64,000 nt of DNA, from the NCBI RefSeq assembly GCF_016433145.1, contig NC_058134.1, positions 48,404,388 to 48,468,387 on the forward strand. The letters run 5' to 3'. Below the pieces are notes generated by a model. That model ran no database searches. It had not been told where the DNA came from and saw only the letters and a program-made list of their open reading frames with translations. Made by a program: the position numbers and the translations under genes. Shown here one piece after another: positions 11,128 to 21,905 of this stretch. Position 1 is the first letter of the stretch. Each line of letters opens with the position of its first letter. This DNA is from Gracilinanus agilis. Its lineage: Eukaryota.

Positions 11128-11950
11128 ATGAAGGAATTCTTTGGCCCCTGAGGGTCAGTAGTTGGTGAAAGGGAACCCCTTTCATCTCTTTGCCTAGTCA
11201 GAGCTAAAGCTTAGCTGAACAAGAACTCCAGTAACCCTACTTAGTACCACACTAGGGATGAGAAGAGGGGATGAAGTCTCCTTCTTCTCCCTTTGGATAG
11301 AATCAACACAAGCTGGAGGAGCTCCCAAACCACTTGGTGAGTTCATCCCCTACTTAGTGCTAGGGGAGAAGCCAGCAAGAAACTTGGAGAGTTCCCACCC
11401 CTGCCCCCCTTTCTTGTAACTCAGAGAGTCAGAGACTTGTGAGTTTCCCCCCTGCCCCCACCTCAGCCAGTGCCTGGCCCTTGCCATGAATGAGGACAGC
11501 TGCAGGAAGTGGGGACTGGTTCCCCCCAAACCCCGCCCCCTGGGCGGAGCTAGAGGATTCGGGAAGCCTGATTGGTCCCCTGGAGGAGGGGCGGGAACTG
11601 GAAACCACCATAAAAGCCTTCAAGTCCCTGGGCTGAGCCAGACTGGTGAGGTGGAGTCTCTTGGAGGGTGTCTCCTGGAGAGAGTCTTCAAGAGAACTTC
11701 ACTGGACACTGGCAGGTGAGCCTTGGCTTCACTTTCAGCTGAGATTCTGACCCTTGGCAGACTTCTTTGGGCAGCTGCAAAGGACTGACTCCTTTCCTAG
11801 CTTCCTCAGAGACGAGCTTCCATCTTGGAGGAGGCATCCTAGTTCCTGACTACTAGGGGCCCTCCTGGCTGAGGAGGTAGCTCCAGTAGAGCTATTTTCT
11901 CTAAGCCTTCTCACATTGCTCTGCTCCATTGGTTCCCTTCCACTCTGGGA
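11128..11950 (+). promoter_or_regulatory. LTR-derived promoter and leader upstream of SLC7A6OS copy 1
   Basis: GC box 11531-11540, reverse CCAAT 11571-11575, GC box 11588-11595, CATAAAA 11609-11615, donor CAG|GTGAG at 11716. The stretch 11780-11845 resembles the reverse complement of the LTR at 18650-19000 (aaagactgactc..ttcc..atctgggaggaggc). Confidence 0.65.
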
Positions 11951-12170
11951 CAGAATTCTGACTAGACTAGAGATAGCATACCTTTGGCAAGCAGGATTTT
12001 TTCACCTCATTGAGGTGAGGTCCAACCACTCCATTGAACCTTTGCCCACTGCCTGAGGACTCCCAGGACATCCGGACTGGGGGAAGCCCCTGCCAGGGCC
12101 TGAGCTGGACTTCTGAACCTTTCAGAAACTCAGAAAGGAGGCCAGAGGGAAAGGAGAAGAGGGGCCTGGC

Positions 12171-12536
12171 ATGATGGAGGCCTGTGGGGCCCCAGCAGTG
12201 TTGCGAGTGAGGAGGAAGCGAGGAGAGGAGCCCCCTGAGGCACTCTTTGTCCCCTGTAAAAGGCAGAGGAGGGAGGATGGAGGCGAGGACTGGGGGTCCC
12301 CCCCTTCCCTGCCCCTGGGGGAGAACGTCTTCTTCAAGCTGGCGGCTACAGTGTCCTCCCAGCATGAACCTGTTCCAAAGTATGTCAGGGAAGCTCTTCA
12401 CAGACAGAGAGCCACCAGAGCCCTGAAGCCCTCATGTCAGAGTCATCAGAGAATCCAGCAGCATCTCCTAGCTAGGAAGCAGGGCACCAGGCAGCAAGAG
12501 CGCTACCACCTGCTCTCCACACACCGAGCCCCTCCT

Positions 12537-12576
<40 letters not shown>

Positions 12577-13244
12577 CCCAGCCTCCTCTAGACCCTGCCC
12601 ACACCACTCAGGGGCACCAGCTAGACTCTGGTCTTACCACGCCAAAGTCACAAAGACAGCAAGGAGCCACACTTCCCCAGGCACCCTCTGCACAAGGCTT
12701 CCACTCATTTGACAGCGTTCCTCAGGCCGCCTCTGAACAGGAGAAGCCCTCCGCGCCTGACACCTGCTCTCACGACTCTGACCCAGATGTCATCCTCTCT
12801 CATGCTGTCAAGCTCATGCGGGAGCACCTAGCCATCTCCAAGGAAGCCAAAGGAAGGCAGCATCGGGAAAGAGAGCAAGATTATGTCTATGACATTTACT
12901 ACCTGCACGCACCTCCCCCAGGACCCACTGAGAGCATCCCCTCTGTGCACAGCTACGGCCACGACTGGGAACTGATAGCCCCTGACCAGCAAGAACAGGA
13001 CATCTATGCTGAGGACCAGGAGGAAGAGGAGGATGAAAACAGTGAGAATCACTGGGGCAACCAGTACCCTGAGGAGCAAGAACCAAGCACGGACACAGAC
13101 AGCTCCAGGGCCTCTGATGAACAATATGGCAGCCTCAGTGATGAGGACAGGACTCTCATCACACCAAGGACATGCAACAAATATGCTGACCATGTGCTAA
13201 AGGAGTTTGACTATGACTGCTCCCAGGACTTTGATTCTGACTAA
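12171..13244 (+). CDS. SLC7A6OS: Intronless SLC7A6OS (Iwr1-like RNA polymerase II nuclear import factor) retrocopy 1, intact 357-aa ORF
   Basis: AVLRVRRKRGEEPPEAL, NVFFKLAATVSSQ, SDPDVIL, DYVYDIYY, EDENSENHWGNQYPEE and KEFDYDCSQDFDSD* match human SLC7A6OS from start to stop. No introns, stops or frameshifts. Confidence 0.9.
12537..12576 (+). repeat. (GCACAG)6 coding repeat giving an (AQ)6 tract (second copy 15786-15825)
   Basis: Direct reading of the sequence; in frame within the SLC7A6OS ORF. Confidence 0.95.
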
Positions 13245-14376
13245 GGACTACACAAACATTCACCCGGTCCCCAGCATCAGCCCCCGAGGTGCTCCTCTTT
13301 CAAAGCTCCCAACATGGCCCCCTTCACCTGCTGCCTCCCCTCTGGGACACCTGCACTTCTCCACCATGCTTCAACAAGCACCTCCGTAGAAGAATCTCAT
13401 TGCCACTCAACATCCCCTCGGCCCCATCATTCCACATCATCACTTGCCTCTCATTCCAGGCTGGAGCCAACTCACCCCACTGAGCTACAAGGGGTCTCAG
13501 GAGACATTTCCTTCAGACGATCCATTTCACAGCTTCAGAAAGGATGAGGCAGGGGCAGCCAATCACTCCTACACCTAAAATGGATTCCTTGCACACTGCC
13601 ATCATTTTCCCTTTCTGGGCTCACATCACAACTCTCAAGAAAATAGTGTCTCTTCCACATTGCTGGGGGAAGAATGCACACACTGAGTTGCTCCAAGCCC
13701 TGCTGGGACTCTCACTAACTAACTCTGTCTTTGCCCTATCTCTTTGGCCTCCCACCTCTCCCTCCTCCCAAGGAGGACTCTTTAGCTCTATTGGAGAACA
13801 AAAAGAAGGATGGAGAGACCAGGCAGAGCCAAGATGGCGGACAGGAAATAGCAAAACTGGAAACCTCCATGAGAAAGCACCCCCACAAATTGGAGATTCA
13901 TGCCAATTCATGCCACAAAACCAATACTGGACTGAGTGCCAGAAGCAACAAGGAGATGGAGGCGGGAAAGGAAATGTCTTTGTTTTAACTCCATCAAGTA
14001 GTTAGACAGCTCTACCCTTTGAACTCAATCAGCCAGAAACTCCTGAATCCTGGCGATGAGAGTTTATCACTACCAAAGGAGGAGAGGTGGATCCCACAAG
14101 CACTGTCCCCTGCTTGGGCAGTGCTGGCCAAATGGGGAGACTGCACCTGGTTCCTGGGAAGAGGGGGAGAGACAGGAAGTGACCTGCACAAAGGGGATGG
14201 CAGGCCAAGACCAAGGACACCTTCAGGCCCTCTGCCTGGGTGAGCTGAGCTAAAGAGAGATTCTGGGAGGCAGTCCACTCTTCCTGGAATCGGCTCTGGA
14301 GAGGCTTTCAGGCTGAGGGGCTGGAGCTCTGGGCAGGGTCTGCCCTGGTGGAACTCTGGCTAAAGACACCACTTGC

Positions 14377-15199
14377 ATGAAGGAATTCTTTGGCCCCTGA
14401 GGGTCAGTAGTTGGTGAAAGGGAACCCCTTTCATCTCTTTGCCTAGTCAGAGCTAAAGCTTAGCTGAACAAGAACTCCAGTAACCCTACTTAGTACCACA
14501 CTAGGGATGAGAAGAGGGGATGAAGTCTCCTTCTTCTCCCTTTGGATAGAATCAACACAAGCTGGAGGAGCTCCCAAACCACTTGGTGAGTTCATCCCCT
14601 ACTTAGTGCTAGGGGAGAAGCCAGCAAGAAACTTGGAGAGTTCCCACCCCTGCCCCCCTTTCTTGTAACTCAGAGAGTCAGAGACTTGTGAGTTTCCCCC
14701 CTGCCCCCACCTCAGCCAGTGCCTGGCCCTTGCCATGAATGAGGACAGCTGCAGGAAGTGGGGACTGGTTCCCCCCAAACCCCGCCCCCTGGGCGGAGCT
14801 AGAGGATTCGGGAAGCCTGATTGGTCCCCTGGAGGAGGGGCGGGAACTGGAAACCACCATAAAAGCCTTCAAGTCCCTGGGCTGAGCCAGACTGGTGAGG
14901 TGGAGTCTCTTGGAGGGTGTCTCCTGGAGAGAGTCTTCAAGAGAACTTCACTGGACACTGGCAGGTGAGCCTTGGCTTCACTTTCAGCTGAGATTCTGAC
15001 CCTTGGCAGACTTCTTTGGGCAGCTGCAAAGGACTGACTCCTTTCCTAGCTTCCTCAGAGACGAGCTTCCATCTTGGAGGAGGCATCCTAGTTCCTGACT
15101 ACTAGGGGCCCTCCTGGCTGAGGAGGTAGCTCCAGTAGAGCTATTTTCTCTAAGCCTTCTCACATTGCTCTGCTCCATTGGTTCCCTTCCACTCTGGGA
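14377..15199 (+). promoter_or_regulatory. LTR-derived promoter and leader upstream of SLC7A6OS copy 2
   Basis: Appears identical to 11128-11950 (+3249); donor GT at 14965-14966. Confidence 0.65.
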
Positions 15200-15419
15200 C
15201 AGAATTCTGACTAGACTAGAGATAGCATACCTTTGGCAAGCAGGATTTTTTCACCTCATTGAGGTGAGGTCCAACCACTCCATTGAACCTTTGCCCACTG
15301 CCTGAGGACTCCCAGGACATCCGGACTGGGGGAAGCCCCTGCCAGGGCCTGAGCTGGACTTCTGAACCTTTCAGAAACTCAGAAAGGAGGCCAGAGGGAA
15401 AGGAGAAGAGGGGCCTGGC

Positions 15420-15785
15420 ATGATGGAGGCCTGTGGGGCCCCAGCAGTGTTGCGAGTGAGGAGGAAGCGAGGAGAGGAGCCCCCTGAGGCACTCTTTGTC
15501 CCCTGTAAAAGGCAGAGGAGGGAGGATGGAGGCGAGGACTGGGGGTCCCCCCCTTCCCTGCCCCTGGGGGAGAACGTCTTCTTCAAGCTGGCGGCTACAG
15601 TGTCCTCCCAGCATGAACCTGTTCCAAAGTATGTCAGGGAAGCTCTTCACAGACAGAGAGCCACCAGAGCCCTGAAGCCCTCATGTCAGAGTCATCAGAG
15701 AATCCAGCAGCATCTCCTAGCTAGGAAGCAGGGCACCAGGCAGCAAGAGCGCTACCACCTGCTCTCCACACACCGAGCCCCTCCT

Positions 15786-15825
<40 letters not shown>

Positions 15826-16493
15826 CCCAGCCTCCTCTAGACCCTGCCCACACCACTCAGGGGCACCAGCTAGACTCTGGTCTTACCACGCCAAAGTCAC
15901 AAAGACAGCAAGGAGCCACACTTCCCCAGGCACCCTCTGCACAAGGCTTCCACTCATTTGACAGCGTTCCTCAGGCCGCCTCTGAACAGGAGAAGCCCTC
16001 CGCGCCTGACACCTGCTCTCACGACTCTGACCCAGATGTCATCCTCTCTCATGCTGTCAAGCTCATGCGGGAGCACCTAGCCATCTCCAAGGAAGCCAAA
16101 GGAAGGCAGCATCGGGAAAGAGAGCAAGATTATGTCTATGACATTTACTACCTGCACGCACCTCCCCCAGGACCCACTGAGAGCATCCCCTCTGTGCACA
16201 GCTACGGCCACGACTGGGAACTGATAGCCCCTGACCAGCAAGAACAGGACATCTATGCTGAGGACCAGGAGGAAGAGGAGGATGAAAACAGTGAGAATCA
16301 CTGGGGCAACCAGTACCCTGAGGAGCAAGAACCAAGCACGGACACAGACAGCTCCAGGGCCTCTGATGAACAATATGGCAGCCTCAGTGATGAGGACAGG
16401 ACTCTCATCACACCAAGGACATGCAACAAATATGCTGACCATGTGCTAAAGGAGTTTGACTATGACTGCTCCCAGGACTTTGATTCTGACTAA
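15420..16493 (+). CDS. SLC7A6OS: Intronless SLC7A6OS retrocopy 2, intact 357-aa ORF, protein identical to copy 1
   Basis: Same translation as 12171-13244 in the ORF track. Confidence 0.9.
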
Positions 16494-17394
16494 GGACTAC
16501 ACAAACATTCACCCGGTCCCCAGCATCAGCCCCCGAGGTGCTCCTCTTTCAAAGCTCCCAACATGGCCCCCTTCACCTGCTGCCTCACCTCTGGGACACC
16601 TGCACTTCTCCACCATGCTTCAACAAGCACCTCCGTAGAAGAATCTCATTGCCACTCAACATCCCCTCAGCCCCATCATTCCACATCATCACTTGCCTCT
16701 CATTCCAGGCTGGAGCCAACTCACCCCACTGAGCTACAAGGGATCTCAGGAGACATTTCATTCAGACCCTTCATTTCACGGCTTCAGAAAGGATGAGGCA
16801 GGGGCAGCCAATCACTGCTATCTTATCACGCCTCTGAAGAAAGTATTGTCTCTTCTACATTGGTGGAGGAAGAATTTACACACTTAGTTGCTTGAAGCCC
16901 TTGTATGACTGTTACTAACTAACTCTATCTTTGCCCAATCTCTTGGGCCTCCCACCTCTCCCTCCTCCCAAGGAGTTGAAGCTTGTATTGATTCAATCAA
17001 AAGGTAGAAATAGGAGAGTTAATCCTGTCTTCACAACCTAGTCAGGTAAGTAAGTTACTGTTAACCAAAGTGTTAGCTCCAACAAGGTAAAGAGAATAAA
17101 GGATTCCCTTTCTGACTCAAAATATAACAAATATTGGTGACCACATAATTTCATAAAATCATTATCCAACTGTTAAATTTTACTCTTACAGTGCATATCT
17201 GACTTAAAATAGAAATCTCCTACTATGGCACAAGTGCTTAGGAGAGAGAGAGAGACACTCTTGTATCTAAACTTTTCCTCTGAGTTTGTGGGAAATTTAA
17301 TTTCAATGAAATTCACTGGAGGTGAGTATTAGATATATTCAGATGGTTGCACTGATCTTCAATAATAGGCCAGTAACAGAATAGGTTTTCCTAA

Positions 17395-17770
17395 AAGCAA
17401 GAAAAGACTTCAACAGTTCTTCCTCTGGAGGTAGATAGCATTCTTTGTCATAACTTCTTCAGCTTTGTCCCAGATCATTGTAGTTGTGTGAGTAGCTAAG
17501 TCTTTCATAGATCATTCCACAGTCTCTGTTATTGTATACAATGTTTTCCTGGTTCTGCTTATTTCACTCCGTATCAGTTTACATATATCTTTCCAGCTTT
17601 TTCTGAAATCATCCTGCTCATCATTTCTTATATCACAACAGTATTTCATCTCCATCATATTCTACAGTTTATTCAGCCATTCCCCAATTAATGGATATGT
17701 ACTCAATTTCCAATGCTTTGCCCCCAGAAAAAGAATTACTGTAAATATTTTTGTCCACATATGTCCTTGG
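17395..17770 (-). mobile_element. Old L1 3' fragment, paralogous to 9745-10130
   Basis: Same L1 segment and same non-L1 junction as at about 9730-9760. Confidence 0.7.
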
Positions 17771-18649
17771 GGCAGTCTGATGTTTGAAATCACTTAGCTT
17801 CTAAATGGAGCCAAAGGGCAGGACATTGCCTTGCCATTCACAATTTAACACCTGGTATAATGGACCAAATTGTGAAGGAACTCAAAGCCAAATATCATTT
17901 TTTTTGTTCAAAACAATTTTAAAAAATAAGCTTAAATTCCATTTAATACTTCTTCCAACTATAAGGAGATATTGTATTACTTCTTCAGATTCAGGGAATC
18001 TACCAGCATTTGCAGGATTTTTAAAAGTATCAGATGATCAAAGATGAGGCTTTTCTCCTTTGTTTGAGAGAAGACCAACCTCCTTTCTGTACTCAAAGGC
18101 TGGGATATTTTTCTCCCACTAGTGCCCAATGCTGCCTTGCCTGCTTTTAGAAAAATCTACCCCAGGTTTCTTCCTCAAGCTCTCATTCTCCCTGCCTTTT
18201 CTCACTGCTGTGCCACTTTATCTGCTCAGAAGGCAGGCTCCCTGGCTTGGGAAAGATGGAGTCTGTGGACATCTAGGGTTGGAGGAAAGGGGTTCCACAG
18301 GTATTATCTGGCTTCTGAGAGGAACAATCTCCAACTCAAAAGAACATTGAACTCAGAGTTAATGTAGCAAAGACTCTTTCATTTCATTCTCCTGGAAATC
18401 GGTACTTGGGAGCCAGTTTTACAGGTGTTACAACTGGCAGACAAGTACAAGAAATGGGAACAGGTTCAGGCTCCCTTTTATTAATGCCAAGCAGTCCCTC
18501 CTCACCATTGGCTGGTTCCCAAGAGTAATGAGCTCATCACAAGAGCCAGGTGTTTGGAATGCAATTTAGATTCCCAATCATTCACATTTGAGTAAAGTAA
18601 CTTCACTTGTTAGCCTCTTAAAAGAGGCTAATATAAAGGGGGGAAGTAA

Positions 18650-19000
18650 TGTAAGGGGTTAAAATTGAAGGGTGGGACTAAATTATTTAAGAGTATGGCT
18701 GCCATTAAATACTCCATTCCAAAATGATTTTTATGGTCATTTATTTACAAAAGGAGAAAGAGTGAAAGTATAGAAATGGGAAAGAGGGCAGAGTAGGAGA
18801 CCTAGCTTAACAAAGCTAGACTATGTGCTCAAGCCCTGGCTTCCTCTGGCAGCTATGAGGCCTCCTCCCAGATGAGGGGCCCCTCTGGAGGCTAGTATCT
18901 CCAGGAAAGGCCAAGGAAGCGAGTCAGTCTTTTTCACTCACCCACGTGGTAGTTCCTCCTCTTGTCTTGCTGACCTGATGTAGGGAAAAGGAGCTTAAGC
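18650..19000 (-). mobile_element. ERV LTR fragment (R/U5 part)
   Basis: Minus strand gtgggtgagtgaaaaagactgactc...AATAAA...; architecture typical of opossum ERV LTRs. Boundaries approximate. Confidence 0.6.
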
Positions 19001-19752
19001 TAGAAACATGAAACTGAACTCAATTTTCTTTTCTTTTCTTCTTCCATTATGGACTTAGGAGAGGAGTCCACCATCTTGCACAACCTGTTCCTCACATGCT
19101 CCAAAGTTACTAAGCTTTGATCAAACACCTTCTAAAGGAAAGCAACTGTGCTGAGCCTACTAATGGACACAGGCTTCTGTGGGTGAAGCAGGAAAGTGGG
19201 CAACAGTAGCTGAGATATAGAAGAAAGTAGTGAAGGTAGCTTGGCCATGGACTGAGGGAAGTAGTCATAGACACTAAGTAGTGGCAACTTTGTTTTATGA
19301 AAACCCCAAGTTTGCCTTTGTTCCAAGAAACTTGCCTTAAGGGAAATCCCAGACTGACCTTGTCTTAGACTGAGCAATAAACCTCAAAGTACCCAATGAT
19401 CTCGGCTTAGCTAGAATGAGTAGATAAAATCAAATCTTAAATACCCTTTTGTCTTAGAAGTTTCTCTTATTGGTAGAAATGCAAAAGGAAAACATATGAT
19501 TCATCACTTTTTTATATGAGTATATTATTTGGGATATTGGTTTTAAAAGATGACTGTATTACAAAAATGAATAATATGGAAATAGGTATTGAGTGATAAT
19601 ACATGTATAACCCAGTAGAATTGCTTGTCAGCTCCAGTAGGAGGGAGGGAAAAAAGGAGGGAGAGAACAAGAATCCTGTAATCATGGAAAAATACTTAAA
19701 AATGAATCAATAGATAATAATTTTTGAAAAGGACTTGAAAAAAATCTTCCAT

Positions 19753-20078
19753 TGTATCAGAGGCCTCTCCTGGGTAGTCCAGCCCTTGGCTGGAATTCTC
19801 CTTCCCTTGTCTCCATTGTAAAGCTAATCAAATGAACCTTCCTGTCCTATATTCCCCAAAAGACATATAAGACCCCAAGTTCCTCAGCTCACTGGAACAT
19901 CCCCTTTGGAGCTGCTTTTTCCCAGAGACAATGTTCCCCTTGTCCTATAGCTTTGTCTTGGTGTGGTATCTAGTGATTGACTCTATATAGGACCAATTAG
20001 AGTGTTGCTTTAACTTGTCCTGATTAAAGACTTGTGCTTTTTAACTGCTTTTGTGGTTCTGTGTTTTCAATGTTGACA
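19753..20078 (+). mobile_element. Probable solo LTR
   Basis: TGT...GACA ends, TATAA at about 19866, ATTAAA at about 20024; no TSD recognised. Confidence 0.5.
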
Positions 20079-20096
20079 TTAGAAAAAGATAAACTG

Positions 20097-20300
20097 GGCG
20101 GGACACCATGGTGGCTCAGTGGATTAAGAGCCAGACATGGAGACAGAAGGTCCTGATTTCAAATTTGGGCTCAGATTCTTCCTAGTTGTGTGACCCTGGG
20201 CAAGTCACTTAACTCCAAATGTCTAGCCCTTTCTGCTCTTCTGCCTTGGAATTAGTATTAAGTCTAAAAAAGAAAGTAAAGGTTATAAAAAAAAAAAAAA
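20097..20300 (+). mobile_element. SINE1_Mdo-type SINE
   Basis: tRNA-like head, gtgtgaccctgggcaagtcacttaac core and A tail. Confidence 0.8.
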
Positions 20301-21221
20301 GACTCTCTTCTGTATCTGTGTTGCTATTACTCACCTCCACAGGCTCCTAGCTGCTTCCAAGAGCAACTTAATAAGTAAATCAATTTGACTATACTTTTTC
20401 TATAGAGAAGAAAATAGAAAAAGGAATGTGAATTGGATGTACTAAAGGTAGCCTATGTGAGTGACCATTATGTCAACTGTGAATTTTCTTTGCATGTGAT
20501 ATAAATTCAAGAGCAATACACACTATACACAAATATAACTTAAGTGGAGACAGAAATGTTTGAACTAGTCTATCTAACTATTCATCCATCTATCTATACA
20601 ATTGTATGTGTGTATATGTACTTAAATGTGTTTATGCATGCAAATAGAGGGAAGGGAATGTTTTCTGTTTTGGGGGCCACACTGATAAGATGAAGAGTAT
20701 CTTGAGAGGGCTCCCCTCTTTCCTTATTTGAGTTGCTTTTCTGTCCCTTTACAATTTTATTTTATAATTTATTTATTGCAATTTATTAATTATTACTTTC
20801 CTAATTCTTCTTGGTTTAACAACAATGATAATAAGTATTAATAAGTAAATCAAATTGGTGTATGAAGTAGATAGATGGCACAGTGGATAGAGTGTCAGGA
20901 AGACCCGAGTTCCTATCTAGATTCAGACACTTATTAGCTCCCTGACCTTGGGCAATTCACTTAATCAGATTTGCCTCAGTTTTCTCATCTGTAAAAGGAC
21001 GAGGAGGAGGAAATAGCCAACCTGATACAAACAGGATGAGAGATAGAAATGACTGAAAACAGAAAAGACAGAAAATTGAAAAGTCAAAATGATTGAATAA
21101 TAAAGATGAGTTATTATTTTCCTTATTATTTGTTGTTTTGTTGCCCACCTGCCCAAGGGCAGCCAGGTTGTATCTCAGCTGTTTCTCAAACCCTAATCCT
21201 TTGCAAAAATAAACAACAAGT

Positions 21222-21400
21222 GGGGGCAGCTGGGTAGCTCAGTGGATTGAGAGTCAGGCCTAGAGACGGGAGGTCCTAGGTTCAAATCCCAGCTGTGTGA
21301 CCCTGGGCAAGTCATTGCCTACCCTTACCACTCTTCCACCTATAAGTCAATACACAGAAGTTAAGGGTTTAAAATTAAAAAAATAAATAAATAAATAAAC
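21222..21400 (+). mobile_element. Young SINE1_Mdo-type SINE with internal deletions
   Basis: gggggcagctgggtagctcagtggattgagag head, (AAAT)n tail, TSD aaacaacaag at 21211-21220 and 21401-21410. Confidence 0.9.
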
Positions 21401-21734
21401 AAACAACAAGAGCACTCTTTCTGCTATCTCAGGACAGAGAAAGAACTCTTTGCTTTTCTGGCTAGAGGACTGGAATAACCATCACAAAAAGACCTGCTTT
21501 GGATTTCCTCAGCTGATAGACCCTTCACTGGATGATAGAAGAGGCTGCATAGGAGCTGGACACCACAAGGAGGCAGCAGTAGCTCAGCTGAGATTCCTAA
21601 CAGAAAGTAAATGGGGAGAAGGAAGAGCCCTTTGCTCAGAAGAGGGCAACTCAACAGCTTAATCTTCTTTAAGAAGTTCTTTGTCGTTGTCCTTACTTTT
21701 TTAATTCTATTTTTTAATTAAAAAATTTTTTTAC

Positions 21735-21905
21735 TCCTCACCTTCTGTGTTAGAATCAATACTACGTATCAGTTTTAAGGCAGAAGAGCAGGAAAGGCTG
21801 GGCAAGTGGATTAAGTGACTTGCTCAGGGGTCTCCCAGCTAGGAGATGTCTGATGGCAGATTTGAACTCAGGACCTCCTATCTCTGAGTCATCTAGCTGC
21901 CCCAA
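21735..21905 (-). mobile_element. SINE1-type SINE
   Basis: Reverse-complement SINE body ending ...ctagctgcccc. Confidence 0.75.

Larger units (their letters stand above)
10296..16975 (+). repeat. Direct tandem segmental duplication: two full 3249-bp units plus the start of a third
   Basis: All ORFs recur with a +3249 offset (12171/15420, 11486/14735, 10770/14019). The junction element occurs three times (10296, 13544, 16793-16975). Confidence 0.97.

Noticed and set aside
11429-13547. Many short overlapping and antisense ORFs around SLC7A6OS (and their +3249 twins)
   Set aside because: Expected by-products of GC-rich sequence and alternative frames; no recognisable domains.
10219-16975. Complete LTR-gene-LTR transducing provirus
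   Set aside because: No primer-binding site, polypurine tract, paired full LTRs or TSD could be identified; the LTR-like parts lack polyA/U5.
17780-18350. Minus-strand frame with GRFPESEEVIQY, reminiscent of pogo transposases
   Set aside because: Single short motif with multiple stops; not supportable by eye.
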